Assembly: GCF_001194135.2 (NCBI RefSeq)
Contig: NC_068983.1
Coordinates: 74,057,020-74,121,019, forward strand
Origin: Octopus bimaculoides
Taxonomy: Eukaryota
Direction: 5' to 3'
Length of the DNA stretch: 64,000 bases
Shown here: piece by piece, positions 39,301 to 49,145 of the stretch
Layout of the letters: each line of letters opens with the position of its first letter
How positions within the stretch are numbered: the stretch's first letter is position 1
Translations under genes and position numbers: made by a program
The notes under the pieces: generated by a model
Database searches by the model: none
The model's input: only the letters and a program-made list of their open reading frames with translations
What the model was told of the DNA's origin: nothing

Positions 39301-42300
39301 CTGATTCGATCTTCTCGTAACTTCGTTCATCAGACATCTCATCTTTCCTTCTACATACCACTGGGGTGACTGGTATGTTCATTCTTGCCCAACCCAGCAT
39401 TCCACAGCCCCCTCCGACAATAGGCAGTGCATCCACCCGATGCCAACAGCTCGTGGAAAGCAAATTCGTGCATCCACCCGATGCCAACAGCTCGTGGAAA
39501 GCAAATTCGTGCATCCACCCCTCCGAAATGGTGAGGTGTCACACACCGTCGAAGCTCGAAACGATATGCGAAAAACCAGTGGTGATCCCCGGTGGTCATC
39601 CACCTGCAGTGGACCAGAGGTCACGACTCACCGGACCTCACCGAGACGAATGGATCATAACGTACCACGCAACCCCGTCCGGAGCGGGTCTTCACTTACA
39701 ATTGACGCGGGTCATAACATACCCTGTGTCGGTCAGTCGATTTTACCAGGAGGCAGGCAATCGGCAGCCCACCAATCACCTCCGGAAGGCCCACGTCTTT
39801 CAATCGGGATCAACCCACACACTACATGGTCCCCACCAGACTCGCTAGAACCGCTACTGGGAAGGGACACATTTAGTTTGTTCATGCGGGGGCATATATT
39901 CGGCATGGTTTTTTCAACCTATCCGACATACCTCCCCACACGGACGTAAGCACTTTCACCACGCCAAGGTAGTGTCCCAAAGAGTAAAGCCTGGCAGTGC
40001 ATCCATCAATCAGGCAAAATTCAGTAGATCACCTCACTCGCCCATCATCCACCGAATCCCGAATGATCATAACATACCAGGCAAACCCGATGGTGCATCC
40101 ACCCACTGACTATTGGCGTCCTAGCTGCCAATATACCTTCACAGGGCAGGCACATAAACCCACCGCCACCAGTCACAGCGACGTATCCGTAGGCCATCGC
40201 AGGTGCAATTACTACTCGACAACCGGCCACCGACCGTCTCTCGACTCCAATGTTCCAATAGGACACTGCAGGTGTTTACCCCAGCCGTAGCAACCCACAC
40301 CGATGTTCCAATAGGACACCGCAGGTGAATCCGCTATCGATAAGAGAGGCCCACTAGCCTAGGGCGGGTGGGCCTCCTGGGGCCCACCCCCTGCAGGGGA
40401 ACGACCGATGCACTCACCCAACGCGGAGAGATCGGTCAGACCACATCTAATCAAGCCCCAGCATATCATAGTGTGGTTGTGACATCGTTCGGTAGAAAGC
40501 ACACCCACCTGTGACGGAGCCATAGGTGCACCCACCCATGCAAGGGACAGTGGGTCATAACACATCAGGCCCCACGAAAACAGACTCAAATTTATTGGCT
40601 CTCTTGAGGACATACCACCATTTATTATTAATAATGGTACCGGTTAATGCCCTCTGAATCAACAACCTAATCCGATCTCTGTACTCCTTAATCGCCAAAA
40701 GGGACGTATTAAGTTTCCAGTAGCCGGAGCCTCTAGTATATCGCTTACTATATCAAGCCTACAGGTGATCATTTTATGATCACTGTAGCTGACTGGGTAA
40801 AACTGTGGACACTTAGCTATATTTCTATCTACTTTTCTAATTAACACTATATATGACCTGGAAGATCCGTCGCTATTTGACCAAGTCCATATTGGAGCGT
40901 TCGGAAATTCCAACCTATAAGGGTCTGCGAGCTCAAAGCGACTTTGCAGTTCCAGGAAGCAAGAATTACCTTTTCTAGTAGTTTTTGAGCTAACATAATA
41001 TACGCGTGCCTCGCAAATTGTGTTAAAGTCACCTGGTACAACTAAAGAATGTGAAGTACCGAGAAAATTCTCCAGATTTCGAAAAAAAATCACTTTTCCC
41101 GGATGGCTGGGGTGCATAATTTGCAACCAGTCTGAAAACTTTACCATGGCTGAGCGTCAAGTCCATGACGACCAGCCTACCTTCTGGATCTGAATAAATT
41201 AACTTTTTCTCAGAAACCCAGTTTCTTTTTAATAGAACCCCACCCCCTAGAAGGACAGCCTGGAGAGAAAAAACTCTCGTAGCCATTCAACAGGGGGAGC
41301 AGATCTCTCGGTTCTCTTAATCGGGTCTCTGTAGCAACAGTAACATCCAAATCCCGCAACCTGATGTCATAAAGGAAGCAACCTTGCTCCCAGCCTAACA
41401 TCAGGCCACGCACATTTAAACAACCTACATGAATGTTTGCCACTACCTACCTCTGCATCAATGGTTCGGGGTTCCTTCTTCCACTTTTTCTTCCTCCTTT
41501 TCCTGGGCTCGTGCCGTATTTGGACGTAGGCCCTCGTAAATATAAGGAGAAAAATCCATTCTGAGAGGGCCCATGTCGTGAAAGAATTCAGACTTGATCC
41601 GTCCGTAATCCTTCCGGCCTATCCTGTAGATTAGAAAGTTTTTTGATGTTGTTTTTTCCACTCGTTTGGCAGATGAAATAGCTGCCAAACGGTTTATTAG
41701 TCTATTGTTGGACGCCTTGATGGCTATGTACGTGTTTTCTTTTTCCTTGTCGTTTTTCTTTTTTAAATTTAGTGTGGTGGGGGCGGTCTGTGTCTTTTCT
41801 TTTGTTTTTTAGAAGCAGTCGACCACCCCTTCTCTCTATCCTTCTCTTCACTCTCTTCTGTCGATCTTGGTGTTATCTCTACTTTCGGTGTTGACGCTGG
41901 TGTTTCGTTTGTTTCTTCTAATCCTTCTTTCTCTTGTTCTTTTTCTTTTTCTTGTTCTTCTTTCGGTTTGCATTCCGACCTGATGTAGCCCTTTAACCCG
42001 CAATTAAAGCACCTTGGTTTTCTTCCTTCCACAAAAACTATTAGTCTTTCTTCTCCGCCTACATTTATGATTTCTGCAATTTCTTCAAGTGTTGTGGCTT
42101 CTGCTTGAATTAACATTATCAAGCATTGTCCCTTCCAGTGCTCCTCTTCTTCCACAGAGGCCTGGAGTATAGTTAGTTTGTCCTCCAGGCCCATCGTAAT
42201 AGCTGCTACTAAACAAGTGGCATCAACTTCTGGGGAGATATTGATTATCCTCATCTTTGACGTTCTTCTTCCCATATATACGGGAAGAAGAACCACCTCC

Positions 42301-43010
42301 TCCGTTCTGAGGGACTCCTAGGAGTAGTTTTTGGCTGCTTTCTCTGACCTAAACCTTACTTCGACCGTTCCAAATCTTTTACCGCGGTTAATGTATGTAA
42401 TCTCTGGCCAAATAGGTTTAAAGCATTTTTCTACGATTTTCTCTTCTGTTTTGTAAATCCTTCCCCCCCCCCCNNNNNNNNNNNNNNNNNNNNNNNNCGC
42501 AATGTTGTACGTTTTGTGTGATTCTTCTCTTGTTGACTGTGTTGGTTGTTTCTTTTGGGGTGACCACTTGAATTTCCGACCCCTCTTTTTTTAATATTGC
42601 CATGAATCTTTGCAGATAACTTCGTTCCGTGTTTAACTGTGTTTCTTTCCTTCCTGCTACCTCGGCGAACTTTTTGGGCGACTACTGCCGGTGAATTTTC
42701 TTCCCCCAAAATATTTAGTTCTCTCGGTGTTACTATCGGTGAAATTATTTCTTCACCTGCTTCAGACACAGGTGAGTACTTACTTGGTGGAAGCAAAGTA
42801 GTTTCCATTTTTTCCCCCACAAAATTGGCTTAAAAGCCACCAGATATAATAACAATAATACCCCCGCAGGGAGGAATTTCAACAAGTAGCTTTCACAAAA
42901 GTAATTAAATTATCTTTAACAAGATAATAGCAACCACCCACAACAGTACTTCAATCGAACAAAACACGGAGGAAAAGCAAAACGTACCAACAGCAGGTGC
43001 TTCCACAAGA
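36398..43010 (-). mobile_element. Near full-length autonomous-type Tx1/L1-clade non-LTR retrotransposon (ORF1 + APE-RT ORF2), frameshifted, with a 1.3-kb insertion
   Basis: ORF1 41458-42830; APE 40659-41443 (GCLNVRGL, ETRL, GDFN, SDH); RT 37678-39246; C-terminal LAWQCYRGALPVRDKL; poly(A) and hairpin at 36398-36433. Confidence 0.92.
37678..39042 (-). CDS. Non-LTR reverse transcriptase domain (Tx1/L1 ORF2)
   Basis: NFRPITLLNAELKILAK, LDQSKAFDRVDH, VRQGCPLSPILY, YADDIT, IKLLGVWF. Confidence 0.95.
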   Translation of the reverse strand: MVEAQRGNDATIRSLTNQQGKLINEPEEMCETFQEYFTXXXXXXXXXXXXXXXXXXXXXXXXXXXXXXRRDLTDFLGGLPRLSGLDAERGEGPITPEEVIEAMAGCGAGKVPGLGGLPYELYKSMPDLFGHMLANVYANWQQNGFIPRSVRRGVVTLVRKDPNKGDSIDNFRPITLLNAELKILAKVLSKILARVTDGLIGEAQTCAVPGRTIQDNLHLTRYTLEEFNNDAGKGGALVHLDQSKAFDRVDHRYLVSVLAQFGLGLGFFRWIIEIYNNIDSVVRVNGFSSKPFNIKRSVRQGCPLSPILYVMALEPLLRKLSVIPRQPGCGKSVSAYADDITIIVTEMDHLQIVGKAIEVYETVAGAKVKREKSVGLQLGTWRGKSMPPDSVVVRWTEGPIKLLGVWFGPNLQIEKNWAEVSSRVTHIVKTWSWRWLSLKGRAEVTNVFIXXXXG

Positions 43011-43031
43011 ATGAGAGTATCAAGACGATGT

Positions 43032-44698
43032 ATATTTTTTTTATTACCCACAAGGGGCCAACAAAGAGGGGTCATACAATTACATTGGGGACGCATAAAA
43101 TGTACAATAAAATAAAATACAAAACAAATGAAACGTATGATATAATGAAAGATGGATAAATGTAAAGATGGAAATGGTGTTACCCGCCCCATCAGGCAAC
43201 ACCACTTGCTTCATTTCCCCTACACTCCATTATGTCCAACTCAAATCTCTCTGTCAGTTCGTCAGACCAAATAAACTGTGGTAGCTTCTCCATATCGAGG
43301 TTGACATTTCATAATCTACATTATGTCTCTGTATGTCCATCCTTTGCTGTGCCGATAATAGTAGCACCACAGCATTCATATCTTCTGCGCTAACATGGAC
43401 CATATTTTCCCATTTGAAAGCTTCTGCAAACAGTTCTTTATCATGAATTATACACGCAAAACTTCTATTGGAGGGGGAATTTTTTGAAACACTGTCTGTA
43501 TGTACTCTCTTCTTTTGTCTTTGTGATGGAGGGGAATGAGAAGGCTTGGTGTCTGCAAGGCGAGGGTGGGACACAGAGGGTATGAGTGGGCCTTGGGTAG
43601 TTGATGTGTGAAGTTCTGAGTGTATTGGACTTGCCTTTTTTCTCTTCTTTCTCTTTCTTCTCTCTTCCCATTCTTCCTCTTTTTCTGAAATCAATTCCTC
43701 CTCCTCCTGTTCTTCTCGAGGCCTCTCCTGCATCTTCTCCTTGCTGCTGTCTTCTTGCACTTTCTCCACTCTTTTGTCTGGTAGAGGGTGCATTTCTTCC
43801 ACTCTTTTATCTGGTAGAGAGTATTTCGCTCTCATGTGGCCCTTCTGACCACATTTGTAACATTGCGGTATCCTGCCCTCCACTCTTACATTCATTACAA
43901 CTTCGTCCAGAGTTATTGTTTCCACCATCTCTTCTAATGCCTCACTTGAACCTTGTACTATCATATTTAGGACCTGGCCTTTCCAGTTTGCACTTTTTAA
44001 CTTAGTTGCCTGGAGCACCACTACTTTGCCGTCAGTCTCGGCCAATACAGCTGCCGCTATCCAGGCAACGTCAATTTCCGGAGGAATTCCTTCTACCCAT
44101 ACCCGAGACGCTCTACGTCCTAGGTACGTGGGTAGAAGTACAGGCTCTTCCTCCTTCAATGAAGTTGCCGCATGCTTCTTCGCCGTGTCTGCGTTTATAA
44201 ATCTCACTTCTATTTCACCAAATTTCGGCCCTCTGGCAAGATATGATATTTCGTGCCAGATTGGCCTCAGCACCTTCTCCACCTGCTCCGTCATCATGTG
44301 GTCTATTTTCCCTTTCTTGATTGAGTACGTTTTATACATTATTGTTCTACTTTTCATCTTTTTTGTGGTTTTGAGCGAAGGGGACACGTTAACGTTGTAA
44401 CCGTTTCGACTCAACAACTTCTTGTATTTCTCCGTATCAATTTCCACATTGTCATCTTTTTCTCGGGCGATATTCGTGAACTTCCTCTTATCTAATTCTA
44501 TATCCATTGCGTCAACAGCCTTCAACAACTCTTCCTCAGATGTCGACAACCCAAACCCGCTAAAGTCTGAGTAAAAGGAATTCCTTCTACTTTTATTAGC
44601 CATGCAAACTCTCAAGGAGAGAAAGCACAGCTACACCGCTGCAAAGCAGCACGCAAAAAACAAAATAATCCTTGCTGAACGATATTTCGGTATCTCGG
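43032..44698 (-). mobile_element. Full-length ORF1-only element, copy 13, with intact ORF and a 21-bp TSD
   Basis: 5' UTR, 453-aa ORF, ~220-nt 3' UTR, hairpins and poly(A). TSD ATGAGA(G/C)TATCAAGACGATGT at 43011-43031 and 44699-44719. Confidence 0.92.
43254..44615 (-). CDS. Uninterrupted 453-aa ORF1/gag-like protein (Ser/acidic N-terminus, RRM-like region, CCHC-type knuckle, charged linker, unknown C-terminal domain)
   Basis: ORF track. RGPKFGEIEVRF, RVWVEGIPPEID, CYKCGQKGHMRAKY (last Cys substituted). Confidence 0.85.
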   Translation of the reverse strand: MRVCMANKSRRNSFYSDFSGFGLSTSEEELLKAVDAMDIELDKRKFTNIAREKDDNVEIDTEKYKKLLSRNGYNVNVSPSLKTTKKMKSRTIMYKTYSIKKGKIDHMMTEQVEKVLRPIWHEISYLARGPKFGEIEVRFINADTAKKHAATSLKEEEPVLLPTYLGRRASRVWVEGIPPEIDVAWIAAAVLAETDGKVVVLQATKLKSANWKGQVLNMIVQGSSEALEEMVETITLDEVVMNVRVEGRIPQCYKCGQKGHMRAKYSLPDKRVEEMHPLPDKRVEKVQEDSSKEKMQERPREEQEEEELISEKEEEWEERRKRKKRKKASPIHSELHTSTTQGPLIPSVSHPRLADTKPSHSPPSQRQKKRVHTDSVSKNSPSNRSFACIIHDKELFAEAFKWENMVHVSAEDMNAVVLLLSAQQRMDIQRHNVDYEMSTSIWRSYHSLFGLTN

Positions 44699-44731
44699 AT
44701 GAGACTATCAAGACGATGTCAAAACATGCGA

Positions 44732-45800
44732 TTTCTTTATTAGGCATAAAGCCCCAAACACAGATGGGGACACCACAAGGACAGACAAGACCACAGTGGG
44801 GGCCAAAGAACATAAAACGAATGTAAATGAAATGAAAGTTATATAAAAATGAGAAAATGAAATGGACGCACGGGCCCCACTCCCATGCATTACCATTTGA
44901 ACTGTTATATGTACATTTTACAATTGTTCTCTTTTTCCTTAATTTCATACTTTTTTCTTGTCTTTAGTAAAACTTCATTAGTGGTTCAATTTCTCTTAAC
45001 TCCACTACTGGTGGTAACTCTTTAAATTCCACCTTTACTCCTGGCGGGTCAACATTATCCCCACACATCTCTTTCAATTTTCTATAGTTTTCTTTTTCGA
45101 TCACTATTGCCTTTATATCCTCCGCGTAGACGTTTGAAGGCACCTTTACTGTTACTATTGAATGTAACTTGATTATTTTTTTCTCTGTTTCAACATTTTT
45201 CGGGTACGTTACATAATACCATACTCCTTCTCCTCCTCGTATCTTCTTTCCTTTCTCTTGGACTTTTGGTTCTCTCTTTTCTTCCTCCCTAACTAGTCTC
45301 TCCATCTCCCCTTCATACAGTTGGGTTTCCGACTCTTTCTCCACTGATAACTCCACTTTCTTTTTACTTTCTTTTTCCTTCCTACTGCCCTCCTTCACAG
45401 TTTCTTTTCTCACCTCTTCTCTCTTCTTTTTCTGCTTCTCTGGCGGAGAACTCATTCCTCCGCTTCTCCTTTTCTTTTTAGCCATAGTGAATCCCTTCTC
45501 CGCTTCTTTTTCTGTTGCCTTGCCCTGCACTACCTGGTCCACACTCTCCCGTCTCTCCACCTGTTCTGTTTGTAGCTTCCTTTGGGTGCACTATGCCTTC
45601 ATGTGGCCCCTTTCTCCACATGTGAAACACACTGGTGGCCTACCCTCCACCACGATCCGTAGTCGAGTGTCATCGGGAAGCACGAACTCCTCTGCAATAT
45701 TATGTAGGTCCGGTAGGGTAATGTGGGTTAGGATTTCTACCCCAAAACCCCACCATTTGATTCCTTTTGACCTTTCCACCTTAATTATTTCTACCTTGTC
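44732..45800 (-). mobile_element. 5'-truncated ORF1-only element, copy 14
   Basis: ORFs 45591-45800 (CFTCGERGHMKA) and 44964-45560; terminal hairpin 44742-44754. Confidence 0.85.
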
Positions 45801-46927
45801 TTTACATTTGTCGGAGGGGATTGGGTAGGTTTGGTGTCTGCATGGGGAGGGTGTGGTGAAGAGGGAGAGGGTGGGCATTGGGTGAGTTGGGGCTCACAGG
45901 CACTTTCTTCCTCTTTCTATTTTTCTTCCTCTTGACCGTTTCCCATTCCTTATCCTCTGGTGTTTCTTTTGTCTCTTCTTCTTCCTCTCTCCTTTCCTGT
46001 GGTGGCGGCTGTCGCCCCTCTACCATTTTGGTTGATGGAGGGCAGTTCGCTCTTATGTGGCCCTTCTGACCACATTTGAAGCAGCGCGGTATCCTGCCCT
46101 CCACTCTTACGTTCATAACCACTTCGTCCAATGTTATCGTTTCCACCATCTCTTCCAACGCCTCGCTCGAACCCTGCACTATCATGTTTAGGACCTGGAC
46201 CTTCCAGTTTGAACTTTTTGACTTCGTTGCCTGGAGCACCACTATTTTGCCGTTAGTCTCAGCCAAAACAGCGGCCGCTATCCAGGCAACGTCAATTTCC
46301 GGCGGAATTCCTTCTACCCATACCCGAGACGCTCTACGTCCCAGGTACGTGGGAAGAAGTACAAGTTCTTCATCCTTCAATGAAGTTGCCGCATACTACT
46401 TCGCCGTGTCTTCGTTTGTGAATCTCACCTCCACTACACCAAATTTCGGCCCTCTGGCAAGATATATTTCTTGCCGGATTGGCCTCAGCACCTTCTCCAC
46501 CTGCGCCGTCAACATGTGGTCTATCTTGCCTTTCTTAATTGAGAATGTTTTGTACATAATAGTTCTGACTTTCATACTTTTTGTTATTTTGAGCGGAGGG
46601 GTCACGTTAACGTTGTAACCGTCACGCTTCACCAACGTCTTATATTTCTGTGTCAATTTCTACATTTTCCTCTTCTTTTCGGGCAACCGCCGCAAACTTC
46701 CTCTTATCGAGTTCCACGTCCATTGCGTCAACCGCTTTCAACAATTCTTCCTCAGATGCCGAATACTCAGACCCGCTAAACTCTGAGTAAAAGGTATTCC
46801 TTTTACTTTTAGCCCTACCAACTCTCAAAGAGAGGACATACGACTACACCGCTGCAAAACAGCACGCAACAAATACAACAATCCATTCTGAACGATATTT
46901 CACAAATAATACAAACCCTTACTGGCG
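45801..46927 (-). mobile_element. ORF1 element, copy 15 (close paralogue of copy 13), 3' end missing
   Basis: ORFs 46640-46828, 46396-46656 and 45802-46380 closely match 43254-44615; similar 5' UTR. Confidence 0.88.
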
Positions 46928-46948
46928 AACTCACACTTTGAACATCGA

Positions 46949-48688
46949 TTTTTTTTTATTGCCTATAAAAGGTAAAACAAAGAATCTTCCATTAACATTA
47001 CAACACATAGAGACAATACCAACGCGACAAACACAAAATCGGGGAAATAAAAATACAAAAAGATGAAATCAGAAGAAATTAAAATAACGAATGGTAATAT
47101 GTAAGAATGAAAAAATAAGAAATGGAAGTGATGTTACCTGCCCCTTCAAGTAACATCACTTACTTGCCTTTATGCCTGTCCTTCATAATATCTATACCGT
47201 ATCTTAATTTCAGTTCTTCGTATTCTATATTTTTCGGTAAATTCTCCATATTGTAATTCACCTTCCATACTATAAAGTCCTCGAATTTTTTGATTTCGTT
47301 CAAATGTCTTTCTGTTATTAGAATTACTGTGATTTCTCCAGACTCATTCATGATCGTCCACGTCCACATGGACTGTGTCTTTCCATCTCTCCACTATCTC
47401 CTGCAGTTCTTTCACTGCCTCATAATACACCAAACATGCATAACATTCAGAGAAAGAGGAAGTTTCTAACACATTGTGTGTGGTGTCCTTCTTTTTCTTT
47501 TGTTTTCGTGTTGGTGAGAAATGGGTAGGTATAGTGTCTGCAGGGGGAGGGTGGNNNNNNNNNNNNNNNNNNNNNNNNNNNNNNNNNNNNNNNNNNNNNN
47601 NNNNNNNNNNNNNNNNNNNNNNNNNNNNNNNNNNNNNNNNNNNNNNNNNNNNNNNNNNNNNNNNNNNNNNNNNNNNNNNNNNNNNNNNNNNNNNNNNNNN
47701 NNNNNNNNNNNNNNNNNNNNNNNNNNNNNNNNNNNNNNNNNNNNNNNNNNNNNNNNNNNNNNNNNCTGTTTGTTTTTTAGTATCTCCTGTGTATTCCGCT
47801 CTTCTGCTTCTTTGTTCGGTTGAGAGCAATTCGCTCTAATGTGGCCCTTCAGACCACATTTATAACAGCGAGGGATTCTGCCCTCCACCCACACTCTCAG
47901 ACTTATGTCGCCTATGGTTATTGTCTCTGCCAATTTTTCTAGTGTTTCTTTATCGCTTTGGATGTTCATTTGTAATGTTTTCCACGTCCCGTCTTCAGTT
48001 GATGTAGCCTGGATAACGGACACCTTTTCCTCACATCCGAGGAGTGCAGCCGCCGCCACCCAAGCCGCTTCCATATCCGGTGGTATTCATTCTACTCTGA
48101 CCCTGGAAGTCCTTCTTCCAAAATACATGGGTAGAAGGACTACATTCTCAGTTTCACCGTTTTTATAGCCATCCTTTGTGCTGCCTCTTCCGACTTGAAC
48201 TGTACTACTATTGAACCGAATTTATTGCCTCGTGAAAGGAATATTACGTCTTTCGTTACAGTTCGTAACGCCTTTTCTATGGTTTCAATTTCAATAATTT
48301 CCACTTTATTTTTTTCTGCTGCAATTAATTTATACGTAATGGTTCTTCTTTCCATACTTTCCTGCGGTGGCGACAGTTTCACTTCTCCACCCACTTTCGT
48401 TGCCATTTTCTGATATTTCAACATTTTCGTGAGGTCCACTTCACATGATTTAACCTCTGCTATTTCTGCAAAGCTTTTCTTCTCCTTCAAAACTTCATCC
48501 ATTTTGTCGAGAGCCCTAACCAGTTCATCTTCCGAGGATGACAATTCTGACCCACTCAGGTCAGAACAGAACATATTTTTTGCCATTTGGTCCAGTTAAT
48601 TCTCCTCAACACGGAGAAAAAGCACCGCCGTCAAAAGCTTCACACAAAAATTCAAACAGACAGCAAATCACCAATAGCACGCACTGCC
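46949..48688 (-). mobile_element. Full-length ORF1-only element, copy 16, with a 19-bp TSD
   Basis: ORFs 48140-48586, 47466-48074 and 47160-47460. TSD AACTCACACTTTGAACATC at 46928-46946 and 48689-48707. Confidence 0.9.
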
Positions 48689-48709
48689 AACTCACACTTT
48701 GAACATCTG

Positions 48710-49145
48710 TTTTTTTTTTTATTACCCATGCAGGCTAACATAGAGGGGACAGAACAAAACATGTGGGACGTAAAACATATATAAAAAAACAGAAATGAAT
48801 GTTATAACGTATGAAGACATGAATATGATAAAATGGAAATGGAACCACTNNNNNNNNNNNNNNNNNNNNNNNNNNNNNNNNNNNNNNNNNNNNNNNNNNN
48901 NNNNNNNNNNNNNNNNNNNNNNNNNNNNNNNNNNNNNNNNNNNNNNNNNNNNNNNNNNNNNTCGAACCATATATTCATGTATTTATTTCTCTTGCTTCTT
49001 ATTTGGTATTACACACTTGTGATGCCCCTCCACGTTATCAAACCCCACAGTTCCAATGCACTTTATGTCCCATTCCACCGAATCCCTCAACAGTTCGTCA
49101 CTATGCAACATGTAAATCCTACACTTTTTCCTTCTCTTTTTTGAC
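48710..49145 (-). mobile_element. 3' portion of an ORF1-only element, copy 17 (same family as copy 19)
   Basis: C-terminal domain KCRIYMLHSDELLRDSVEW; 3' UTR near-identical to 51986-52110. Confidence 0.85.
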
